Positions 16,191-22,994 of a stretch of 46,903 bases of DNA are shown here, one piece after another (position 1 is the first letter of the stretch; every line of letters begins with the position of its first letter). Below the pieces are notes generated by a model. The model was not told the DNA's origin. It saw nothing but the letters and a program-made list of their open reading frames with translations, and made no database searches. The position numbers and the translations under genes were made by a program. Source of the DNA: a virus; the IMG/VR virus record IMGVR_UViG_3300045988_041451. One strand, 5' to 3'.

Positions 16191-16427
16191 CTATGCTGTT
16201 ACTGACTCATAATCTTCGAGCAGTTCCTTCAGGTTCGCTTTTCTCCAACGATGAAGCCGTCTGTCTCCGGTGATGTTCTTCACTGGTTCCGGGAGCGGTT
16301 CGCCTGTAATGACGTTTCTTTCCCAGTACAGATACTGTTTTAATGAATTGTGATAGTGTCCATCGTTATGCACTTCTATGTATTTGTTTGAGTTCCTTCG
16401 ATTTCTGTATACCTGAATCGTTGTCAC
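16191..16427 (-). CDS. First early-operon protein, hypothetical
   Basis: 78 aa. GTG start 8 nt after AGGAGG. Confidence 0.55.
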   Translation of the reverse strand: MTTIQVYRNRRNSNKYIEVHNDGHYHNSLKQYLYWERNVITGEPLPEPVKNITGDRRLHRWRKANLKELLEDYESVTA

Positions 16428-16463
16428 TGTTGTTGCCTCCTTTATGATGATGTGTGTTTCTCT

Positions 16464-16531
16464 GTGTCTTCAAGACATATTATAGTGTCTTAACTCCACT
16501 TTGTCAACATATTTTTGTGTCTTAATTCAAC
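16464..16531. promoter_or_regulatory. Operator repeats of the lysis-lysogeny switch (three GTGTCTT-containing sites)
   Basis: Site 1 is GTGTCTTCAAGACA (16464-77; its TGTCTT-C-AAGACA portion at 16465-77 is a palindrome). Site 2 is GTGTCTTAACTCCAC (16485-99). Site 3 is GTGTCTTAATTCAAC (16517-31). They overlap the divergent promoters. Confidence 0.6.
16479..16507 (-). promoter_or_regulatory. Early leftward promoter, perfect consensus TTGACA-17 nt-TATAAT
   Basis: On the minus strand the -35 is at 16507-16502 and the -10 at 16484-16479, with a 17-nt spacer that contains operator 2. Confidence 0.7.
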
Positions 16532-16539
16532 TTTTATTA

Positions 16540-16568
16540 TTGACCTTTTATTTTTTGCGTGGTATTGT
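16540..16568 (+). promoter_or_regulatory. Repressor promoter TTGACC-17 nt-TATTGT with TG extended -10
   Basis: -35 at 16540-45, -10 at 16563-68, TG at 16560-61. It is 34 nt upstream of the repressor ATG. Confidence 0.55.
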
Positions 16569-16601
16569 TATAGAAGAAATACAGAAAGAGAGGTGAGCAA
16601 C

Positions 16602-16991
16602 ATGACGCAAGGCGAGCGCGTCCTTGAAATACGAAAAGCATTAAGTTTGACAATGGATAAATTCGGAGAAAAGTTGGGAGTTCAGAAGTCTGCGATTTCT
16701 AAAATAGAAAAAGATAGAGTCAACTTATCCGACCAGATGGTCAAACTGATCTGTCGAGAATACAATGTGAATTATGACTGGCTTATGGATGGAGAAGGTG
16801 AGATGTTTTCCGATCTGCCGCAGACAGTTCTTGATGAACTCTGCTCGCAGTACGAACTTGATGACCTCGACCGATTCATCGTCGAGTTATATGTCGGACT
16901 TCCGAAGGATGTGAGGGATGGCATAAAAGCGAGGGCGAAGGACCTTATTCAGAAAAGAGAGGTTTCAGAGGGAGGTAAAAATATTGAATGA
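16602..16991 (+). CDS. CI-like XRE-family HTH repressor
   Basis: The start was trimmed to MTQGERVLEIRK. The HTH is LSLTMDKFGEKLGVQKSAISKIEKDRVNLS. 129 aa. It is divergent from the early operon. Confidence 0.85.
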   Translation: MTQGERVLEIRKALSLTMDKFGEKLGVQKSAISKIEKDRVNLSDQMVKLICREYNVNYDWLMDGEGEMFSDLPQTVLDELCSQYELDDLDRFIVELYVGLPKDVRDGIKARAKDLIQKREVSEGGKNIE

Positions 16992-17226
16992 TATTTCATT
17001 TGAGAAATTACAACAAGAATTACAAGAAAGTGCGCCTGTACTTCGGGTACATGGCCGTGCTTTCCCAGTTGTAAATGTACCCGGAACTGCAACCAAACCC
17101 GGCTTCACTGTTTGGATAAGGAACAACACCGAAATTATGGTTATTCTTAATGAATACGAAGATTCTTTTGAATGTCGGGATATTACAGCCGGAGAGTATT
17201 GCAGGCTTGAAAAAGTTATGCGATAA
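16984..17226 (+). CDS. Hypothetical protein (TTG start)
   Basis: 80-aa ORF overlapping the repressor stop by 8 nt. No motif recognised. Confidence 0.4.
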   Translation: MNDISFEKLQQELQESAPVLRVHGRAFPVVNVPGTATKPGFTVWIRNNTEIMVILNEYEDSFECRDITAGEYCRLEKVMR

Positions 17227-17236
17227 CCGAATACAA

Positions 17237-17260
17237 AAGGGAACCCATCTGGATTCCCTT
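17237..17260. terminator. Hairpin between convergent genes, possibly a bidirectional terminator
   Basis: AAGGGAA(17237-43)/TTCCCTT(17254-60). It is flanked by ACAAAA upstream and CTCTTC downstream. Confidence 0.4.
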
Positions 17261-17273
17261 CTCTTCGTGTCGG

Positions 17274-17384
17274 CTACTGATATATGTATATGTACTTGAT
17301 AAACTCATATATTCTCTTCAGGAGAGTTTCAGAGTCTATCTTGTTCAGCAGTCCGATTATTTTCTGCCGAATATCCATTTTCAT
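17274..17384 (-). CDS. Possible 34-36-aa ORF downstream of the second HTH gene
   Basis: MKMDIRQKIIGLLNKIDSETLLKRIYEFIKYIYIYQ with an AAGGAGG RBS. Confidence 0.3.
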   Translation of the reverse strand: MKMDIRQKIIGLLNKIDSETLLKRIYEFIKYIYIYQ

Positions 17385-17443
17385 CGCCTCCTTTTGAAAA
17401 TATTACCATTTTTTTCAGGCTTCGTGAATGGGTTCGGCTCTCG

Positions 17444-17461
17444 TTTCCGTAATTACGGAAA
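17444..17461. promoter_or_regulatory. Perfect 18-bp palindrome TTTCCGTAATTACGGAAA
   Basis: Read directly from the sequence. It lies 43 nt downstream of the HTH gene stop. A second small hairpin, CTGCG/CGCAG, sits at about 17475-17490. Confidence 0.4.
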
Positions 17462-17503
17462 TCGTTCTGTGATCTGCGTATCATCGCAGCTCATGTGATA
17501 TAC

Positions 17504-17704
17504 TTATTTATATTCAGAGTCATAGAGAGCACTGATCTTCGTGTCAAGCGCAATCGCTATGGCTTCCAGTTGCCGGAGCGTCGGAGATGTCAGACCGTTC
17601 TCAATCGTATTCAGTGTCGTTTTGCTGATTCCGGTCATCTTTTCCAACTGCTTCAGTGTTACATTTTTTTCAATCCTTGCCTGCCATGTTAGTATTTCCA
17701 TCAT
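17504..17704 (-). CDS. Small XRE-family HTH protein (Cro-like or module regulator)
   Basis: The start was trimmed to MMEILTW, which has an AAGGAGGG RBS. The HTH is VTLKQLEKMTGISKTTLNTIENG. Confidence 0.8.
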   Translation of the reverse strand: MMEILTWQARIEKNVTLKQLEKMTGISKTTLNTIENGLTSPTLRQLEAIAIALDTKISALYDSEYK

Positions 17705-17784
17705 TCCCTCCTTGTGGTGAACTATTATGTATTCATCCAAGAGGTTTGAAGGATGGCAAGGAAAAAATTTATGTGGGGTTTGCT

Positions 17785-18192
17785 ATGAGAAAATATAATA
17801 AATGGGCCGCCTTGTTCGGCGGATGGTTTGGTCTTCATCGGTATCTTTCCGGTGAGATCGGAATGGGTATTCTGTACACATTGACTTGCGGCGGATTCTG
17901 TATCGGATGGATTCGTGATATATGCGTTTCTTTTTCATCTCGATCTGACGCATGGAGTCAATGGTCCGATGTGTGTGGAGAAGCTGCCGAGGCGCGAAAA
18001 CGTCGTGCTCTGAATGGTGAACTTACTCCTGTACATATTGACCTAAAAGCAAAGACAGGCACTTTCGCAGGTTCCGAAGGCGGACAGTATCACACCACTT
18101 TGTCCGGTTGCACTTGCCCGGACTTCCAGAAGAGGAAAGTTCCTTGTAAGCATATGTATTATCTTGCTATAAAATGCAATATTGAAATCTAA
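17785..18192 (+). CDS. TM2-domain membrane protein fused to a SWIM zinc finger
   Basis: The start was trimmed to MRKYNKW. TM2 signature WAALFGGWFGLHRYLSGEIGMGILYTLTCGGFCIGWIRD. SWIM signature CTCPDFQKRKVPCKH. Confidence 0.75.
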   Translation: MRKYNKWAALFGGWFGLHRYLSGEIGMGILYTLTCGGFCIGWIRDICVSFSSRSDAWSQWSDVCGEAAEARKRRALNGELTPVHIDLKAKTGTFAGSEGGQYHTTLSGCTCPDFQKRKVPCKHMYYLAIKCNIEI

Positions 18193-18319
18193 ACATAGAA
18201 AAAGACAGTCCCTGACAAGAACTGCCTTTCCCCATCATTTCCTATGTAGCACATAACTTCATAGAATACAGATTCGCAACCTTTATTCTACCACGAAGTT
18301 GTGCTGCTGCATAGCTTTA

Positions 18320-18340
18320 TTTTTTTACGCTTTTTTTACG
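18320..18340 (+). repeat. Tandem TTTTTTTACG x2 just upstream of the integrase RBS
   Basis: Copies at 18320-29 and 18331-40, separated by one C. Confidence 0.85.
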
Positions 18341-18358
18341 GCAGAAAGAAGGGTTTTT

Positions 18359-19753
18359 ATGAATAGTACATACTTCAGACCGCAACCGGAACTCTTCGGC
18401 CTGCGTGTTGTTAAATATATACGTTGTTCCCATGACGGTCAGGTCCTTCACGGTGACACTCTGGAAGCGCAGGACGCTCTCCTCGATGAGTTCATCAAAG
18501 TGAATCGCATGGTGCTGATTGACACTTTCATCGACGAGGCCCTGACTGCCCGGAAGAAATTCACTCGCCGGAAGGAATTTGTCCGGCTTCTTGATGGTGT
18601 CCGTGCTCACAGCTTCGACATGATTCTCTTTACAAAACTTGACCGTTGGTTCAGGAATATCGGAGACTATCACAAAATTCAGGAGATACTTGAAGCAAAC
18701 GGAGTCCAGTGGAAGGCGATCACGGAGTCCTACGACACCACCACCACGAACGGCCGCCTGCACATCAACATCCGTCTGTCCGTTGCACAGGATGAGTGCG
18801 ATCGTGACAGCGATCGAATCAAAGACGTATTTGCATACAAACTGAAGAATAAAACCTATCTTTCCGGTTCCCTTCCTCGTGGTCTGAAACTAGATGATGA
18901 GAAGCACGTTATCATTGACCCGGAGTGGAAGCAATTTGCTCTTGATATGTTCGATCATTTTGAGCAGACCAATTCCAAGAGAGGGACATTGCTCTATCTG
19001 AAGGAAAAATACGGAATCTATTTGTGTTATGACACTATTTCCCGGAATCTTCGCAACTCTCTGTATAAAGGGATGTATCGTGATGACCCTGATTTTTGCG
19101 AGCCTCTAATCGAGCCAGAGCGATTCGACCGTATTCAGGTTTTAGGAAAACGGAACGTGCGTCAGCGTTACTCTAACCGAACATATATCTTCACTGGACT
19201 TCTGATCTGTTCTTCCTGCAATCATTATCTTGTCGGCCAGACAACTCACCGAACTCTTTCTGACGGAACCGAAAAGCACTATCCGTCGTATAGGTGCAAT
19301 CAGAGGTATCAGTCACATAGTTGTGATCGGAACCGCAGTTATCGTGAGGATTATGTCGAAGAATACCTTCTCCAACATATCCGCCCTGCTCTGTCCGAGT
19401 ATGTGGCAGAATATGAAGTGACCGGAACAAACCCTGCTCGGAAGAATCCTGCTGCTGAAGCTGCGAAGATACGAACTAAGATGCAGAAACTGTATGAACT
19501 GCACATGGATGACTTGATTGATCGTGATACATATAAAAGGGATTATTCCGCTTTTCAGGAGAAACTGAAAGAACTGGATTCCATTGTTGTTGCTCCTTCT
19601 CGTGATCTTGCTGATCTGAAGAAGCTGCTTGAACAGGATTATGAGGAGATATACAGAACATTTTCTCCGCAGGAGAAGAATGCTTTCTGGAAGTCCTTCG
19701 TGCAGTCAATCACTGTTCACGAGGGCGGAGAAATGGATATTGTTTTTTTATGA
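18359..19753 (+). CDS. int: Large serine recombinase (integrase)
   Basis: The start was trimmed to MNSTYF. Resolvase-type N-terminus VVKYIRCSHDGQ, a recombinase domain, the zinc ribbon CSSCNHYLVGQ...YRCNQ and a C-terminal coiled coil. Confidence 0.9.
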   Translation: MNSTYFRPQPELFGLRVVKYIRCSHDGQVLHGDTLEAQDALLDEFIKVNRMVLIDTFIDEALTARKKFTRRKEFVRLLDGVRAHSFDMILFTKLDRWFRNIGDYHKIQEILEANGVQWKAITESYDTTTTNGRLHINIRLSVAQDECDRDSDRIKDVFAYKLKNKTYLSGSLPRGLKLDDEKHVIIDPEWKQFALDMFDHFEQTNSKRGTLLYLKEKYGIYLCYDTISRNLRNSLYKGMYRDDPDFCEPLIEPERFDRIQVLGKRNVRQRYSNRTYIFTGLLICSSCNHYLVGQTTHRTLSDGTEKHYPSYRCNQRYQSHSCDRNRSYREDYVEEYLLQHIRPALSEYVAEYEVTGTNPARKNPAAEAAKIRTKMQKLYELHMDDLIDRDTYKRDYSAFQEKLKELDSIVVAPSRDLADLKKLLEQDYEEIYRTFSPQEKNAFWKSFVQSITVHEGGEMDIVFL

Positions 19754-19757
19754 TCTT

Positions 19758-19807
19758 GTTTCTACTAACTACGCACCGCCCGTCGGTACTGCGTAGTTAG
19801 TAGAAAC
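19758..19807 (+). terminator. 18-bp perfect inverted repeat after int (a terminator, or a dyad-symmetric attP candidate)
   Basis: GTTTCTACTAACTACGCA(19758-75)/TGCGTAGTTAGTAGAAAC(19790-807) with a 14-nt loop, followed by a TTCTTTT run. Confidence 0.5.
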
Positions 19808-19889
19808 GATTCTTTTGTGCAGTTTTGCTTTTCTCTGGCTCCGATCGGGGCGCGATCTGGACTTTGCAAAAGGCAAATTGCACAAAAAA

Positions 19890-19928
19890 AGAGGGCCGAA
19901 CAGGGAACTGCTCCCTGCCCGGTCCTCT
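19890..19928. terminator. Bidirectional intrinsic terminator between int (+) and endolysin (-)
   Basis: Stem AGAGGGCCG/CGGTCCTCT (one G-U pair) with an inner stem CAGGGA/TCCCTG. It is flanked by an A-run (19884-90) and a T-run (19928-31). Confidence 0.6.
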
Positions 19929-19942
19929 TTTACTTTCTCATC

Positions 19943-21583
19943 TTATTTCTTCAGATAACTCTTTGAACTGAATCCGATGTACTCAACACCGTCGAGAGTG
20001 ACTGTGATGTATAACCACTTCACTCCGTTGTATGTGGTGTAATAACCATAGTTATGCACTTCAGTTCCTGCCGGAATGACGCACAATGCTTTTTTGTTGC
20101 TTCCTGCATCGTTTCTGCAATACAGCGCATCGGTTGTCTTGTAAGTTCCTGCAAGGCTTCTGTCATAACTCTTTGCATAGCAAGTTGACTTCACGGTCTT
20201 TGTGATCGGCTGGTCTTTTTGCTGTGGTTTGGTTGTAGTTGCTGCGGAGCCGTTCAGAATCTTGTTGACCTCTGCCTGAATGACTGCCGGGTCATATCCT
20301 GCCGCCTTCAGAGCGTTCTTTCTTGCATCTCCATTTCCCCACTGACCTGCGATGACCTCATGAGCCACTGTCGAAGTGCTCTTGCCCGGTGTCTGAACCG
20401 GATGACTCTGTGCTGCATCGGAGTCATACTTCGGAGTGATGAATCCTCTGATATAGCGTCCATTGATGGAAATTGTTCTCTTCTTGACTGCATTTTCAAA
20501 ATTGCCTTCGGTTACTACGAAGTAACCGGATGCCTGATTGACATAGGTTACTGTTCCAACGTGGTCAGGGTTTCCGGTGTTGTCTCCGATTCCGTTGTCT
20601 TCCCAGTCGTATATTACACCTTCGCCCAGTTTCGGAACGTGTGCGTCGTTCTCTTCCCACACTCCCATCGCTTTCGCTCTCTCGATCAGATAATAGCAAC
20701 TAATCTCGATCGGCATGATCGGAGTATATTTGAGAGCGACTGCCAGCGCGGACCATGTACACGCACACCACGGCCACGAGTATTCCATTTTCGTATTTCT
20801 CGGAAGTGCTCCGGTGAAACTGTTGTAAATGTCAATGATGTACTTGTACGAGCCGTCTGCTTCCTTCTTTCCGACCCAGCTTTCCACCAGATCGACAACT
20901 GCCTGTCTTGAATACATTTTCTTTTCTTCCTTTCCTGAATCTGTTGTTTCGTCTTTGACATACTGCTTTATCCAGCGGACGCAACACTCGTGCCTGCTCT
21001 GGAACTTCTTGTCCCCGACCTGATTGTTGTTGCTGGTGTCCCGCTGATCGAGCAGGAGGGATGCGAAGATCGTGTCCGGTGTGTACGGCTTCGATGCTCT
21101 GCCGAAGATTCTCTTCACTGGTCCCAGTCCTCCAAGATGCTCGATCTCACACCACATCATCTGCGCTTTGATGTCAGTCACTCCATACGCTTCTGCGCTC
21201 TTGATGTATGTGTTCATCAGTTCAGAGAACAGTTCGTCCTGACACTTCTTCCCGGCCGCCGTGGTGATGATCGCGATCAGTGCCTTCTTCTCTGCTGCTG
21301 ACGGATTCCATCCGGTTGCTTCCCAGTCAGCGGACAGTTTCTTCTCAATTCCTGCCGTGTCTGCCTTTCTGAATGCTGCTGCATCTGCGGCCAGAATCAT
21401 CTTACAGAGTCTTCTGCCTTCGTTTCCATAGTTCTGCGCCCATCCGAGAGTGCATGTCTTCTCGTTTGCGGAGTTCGCTGCCTTGCCTGCATATGCTGCA
21501 TAGTTCTGTCCACCGTAAATCTGACCACCTGATTCCACTCCGCCGATGATCTTTGCCAGTATTTCAAGATGTTCTTTTTTCAT
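19943..21583 (-). CDS. Multidomain endolysin: N-terminal glycosidase-like domain + CHAP + CW_7 + SH3b
   Basis: CHAP Cys WPWCACTW and His DHVGTV. CW_7-like VAHEVIAGQWGNGDARKNALKAAGYDPAVIQAEVNKIL. The C-terminus is SH3b-like. The N-terminal GGVESGG suggests a glycosidase, tentatively. Confidence 0.85.
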   Translation of the reverse strand: MKKEHLEILAKIIGGVESGGQIYGGQNYAAYAGKAANSANEKTCTLGWAQNYGNEGRRLCKMILAADAAAFRKADTAGIEKKLSADWEATGWNPSAAEKKALIAIITTAAGKKCQDELFSELMNTYIKSAEAYGVTDIKAQMMWCEIEHLGGLGPVKRIFGRASKPYTPDTIFASLLLDQRDTSNNNQVGDKKFQSRHECCVRWIKQYVKDETTDSGKEEKKMYSRQAVVDLVESWVGKKEADGSYKYIIDIYNSFTGALPRNTKMEYSWPWCACTWSALAVALKYTPIMPIEISCYYLIERAKAMGVWEENDAHVPKLGEGVIYDWEDNGIGDNTGNPDHVGTVTYVNQASGYFVVTEGNFENAVKKRTISINGRYIRGFITPKYDSDAAQSHPVQTPGKSTSTVAHEVIAGQWGNGDARKNALKAAGYDPAVIQAEVNKILNGSAATTTKPQQKDQPITKTVKSTCYAKSYDRSLAGTYKTTDALYCRNDAGSNKKALCVIPAGTEVHNYGYYTTYNGVKWLYITVTLDGVEYIGFSSKSYLKK

Positions 21584-21600
21584 ATCCTGATACCTCCACG

Positions 21601-21624
21601 AAAAGAGGCGGATTGCTCCGCCTC
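21601..21624 (-). terminator. Terminator-like hairpin between the holin and endolysin genes
   Basis: GAGGCGG(21605-11)/CCGCCTC(21618-24) with a 6-nt loop, followed on the minus strand by UUUU (21604-01). Confidence 0.4.
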
Positions 21625-21640
21625 CTGTTCCTTGCTGTTC

Positions 21641-21895
21641 TTACTGCTCGTCTTCGTCTTTGATGGCATTCACTTCCAGAAGCTGTCCTTCTCCGATTTC
21701 GACGTTTGCTGCATCAGTCAGACCTTCTCCGATGATGTATGCGATCACGGATGCGCCTGCCATGATGATAGCAGTCACCTGTGTTGCAGTGTTCTCTGCT
21801 CCGCCTGTTGCTACGATCATCATAGAGACGAAGGACGCAACTGCTGTCCATAATTTTCTACTTGTCAGTTTCTTCATCCAGTTAATGTTTTTCAT
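21641..21895 (-). CDS. Holin
   Basis: The start was trimmed to MKNINWMKK, which has an AAGGAGG RBS. Two hydrophobic segments. It lies immediately upstream of the endolysin. Confidence 0.7.
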   Translation of the reverse strand: MKNINWMKKLTSRKLWTAVASFVSMMIVATGGAENTATQVTAIIMAGASVIAYIIGEGLTDAANVEIGEGQLLEVNAIKDEDEQ

Positions 21896-21914
21896 GTTTT
21901 TTTCCTCCTTGAAA

Positions 21915-22262
21915 TTATACAACTGCTTTGATTGCCTGTTCATTCAGGAAATCTTTCTGTTCATGTTTTACTTTCTGCGCGTATTCGAGAGCTGCGTGCA
22001 TATCTCCGTTGCAGTGAGCATCGGGAATCCTCTGGACGGCTCTGGCCGTTGCCTCTCCCAGTGCCAGAGAAGCGTTGATGCAGTTAATGATGCAGAGTTC
22101 GCTCTGCTCTCTGGCTCGCTCTCTTTCGTCAACCTTTGCCTGTCTTGCCTCTCTTTCTTTGCGTTCCTTCTCTGCTCGCTTCTGAATGTTCTGCTCGATC
22201 AGCCAGAAACAAAAGCCTGTTATTGCTGAAGGAATGCTCGCCGCAATGACGATCGCTGTCAT
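21915..22262 (-). CDS. Membrane-anchored coiled-coil protein of the lysis cassette
   Basis: The start was trimmed to MTAIVIAASIPSAITGFCFWLI, which has an AAGGAGGTGA RBS. Confidence 0.55.
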   Translation of the reverse strand: MTAIVIAASIPSAITGFCFWLIEQNIQKRAEKERKEREARQAKVDERERAREQSELCIINCINASLALGEATARAVQRIPDAHCNGDMHAALEYAQKVKHEQKDFLNEQAIKAVV

Positions 22263-22290
22263 GTCCACCTTTCTCACCTCCTTGTTTTGG

Positions 22291-22494
22291 TTACTGTACA
22301 TTCATGTACTGGCAATTCTTGCACGGCTCCTGTCCGGCCGGGATGTGGTAGTCCTGACATTCACCGCATGAACCAAAAACAGGACATTCCGGTCCCCGGC
22401 ACTCTTCAAGAGTTCTCCGGCAGTGACCGTCATGTCCTGCGTGACTGCACTTGAAATTATTCTTTCGGTGCGTCCTGTTCTTTCTTTGCCTCAA
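22291..22494 (-). CDS. Cys-rich small protein (uncertain)
   Basis: 67 aa with 9 Cys and 5 His (CSHAGHDGHC...CPVFGSCGEC...CKNC). It overlaps the xkdX-like stop by 38 nt. No clear RBS. Confidence 0.4.
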   Translation of the reverse strand: MRQRKNRTHRKNNFKCSHAGHDGHCRRTLEECRGPECPVFGSCGECQDYHIPAGQEPCKNCQYMNVQ

Positions 22495-22603
22495 TGATCT
22501 CCGCCTTCTGGTCTTCGGTAATCCATCCCCTTGTCACCGCATTTTCCAGACCTGTGTCATTCAACCTTCCTGCAAGGTACAGTTTTTTCAGACGATTATA
22601 CAT
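22457..22603 (-). CDS. XkdX-family small protein
   Basis: The start was trimmed to MYNRLKKLYLAGRLNDTGLENAVTRGWITEDQKAEI, which has a GGGAGGTGA RBS. Confidence 0.65.
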   Translation of the reverse strand: MYNRLKKLYLAGRLNDTGLENAVTRGWITEDQKAEIIEAKKEQDAPKE

Positions 22604-22994
22604 TCTCTTCACCTCCCAAACTTGCAACGATGAGGTCATCCACGATTCCGCTCAGTTCTTCGTTGCTGGCTTTCAGTGCTGCATTCTCATCCTGAAGTGA
22701 TGCCACCTGTTCCTGAAGAATCTCCATCTCGGTCTTCTCTTCGCCCTCCTGCTCTGCCTTGATTGCTTTCTGCAACCATGCCTCACGGTTTTTCTCGATG
22801 GACTCTTCCAGATTCTCTCTGTACTGTGTTTCCAGAGTGTATCTGTCATAGGTGTACACCTGATCGCCCTCTTCTTTCTCGATCGGGCCTTCGATGTTCT
22901 CATAGAAAATGACTGTGCAAGTTCTGCCGACTACTTTCGGCAGTGCCTCGATCTCATGCTGCACAAGCGGCTTGATGTTGCTTTCTGTTCTCAT
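22596..22994 (-). CDS. XkdW-like tail-fibre-associated protein (acidic, C-terminal coiled coil)
   Basis: 132 aa. It sits immediately before the XkdX-like gene, as in PBSX. Confidence 0.5.
   Translation of the reverse strand: MRTESNIKPLVQHEIEALPKVVGRTCTVIFYENIEGPIEKEEGDQVYTYDRYTLETQYRENLEESIEKNREAWLQKAIKAEQEGEEKTEMEILQEQVASLQDENAALKASNEELSGIVDDLIVASLGGEENV

Noticed and set aside
20219-20911. 230-aa plus-strand ORF.
   Set aside because: It is antisense to the endolysin CHAP region. No RBS or motif.
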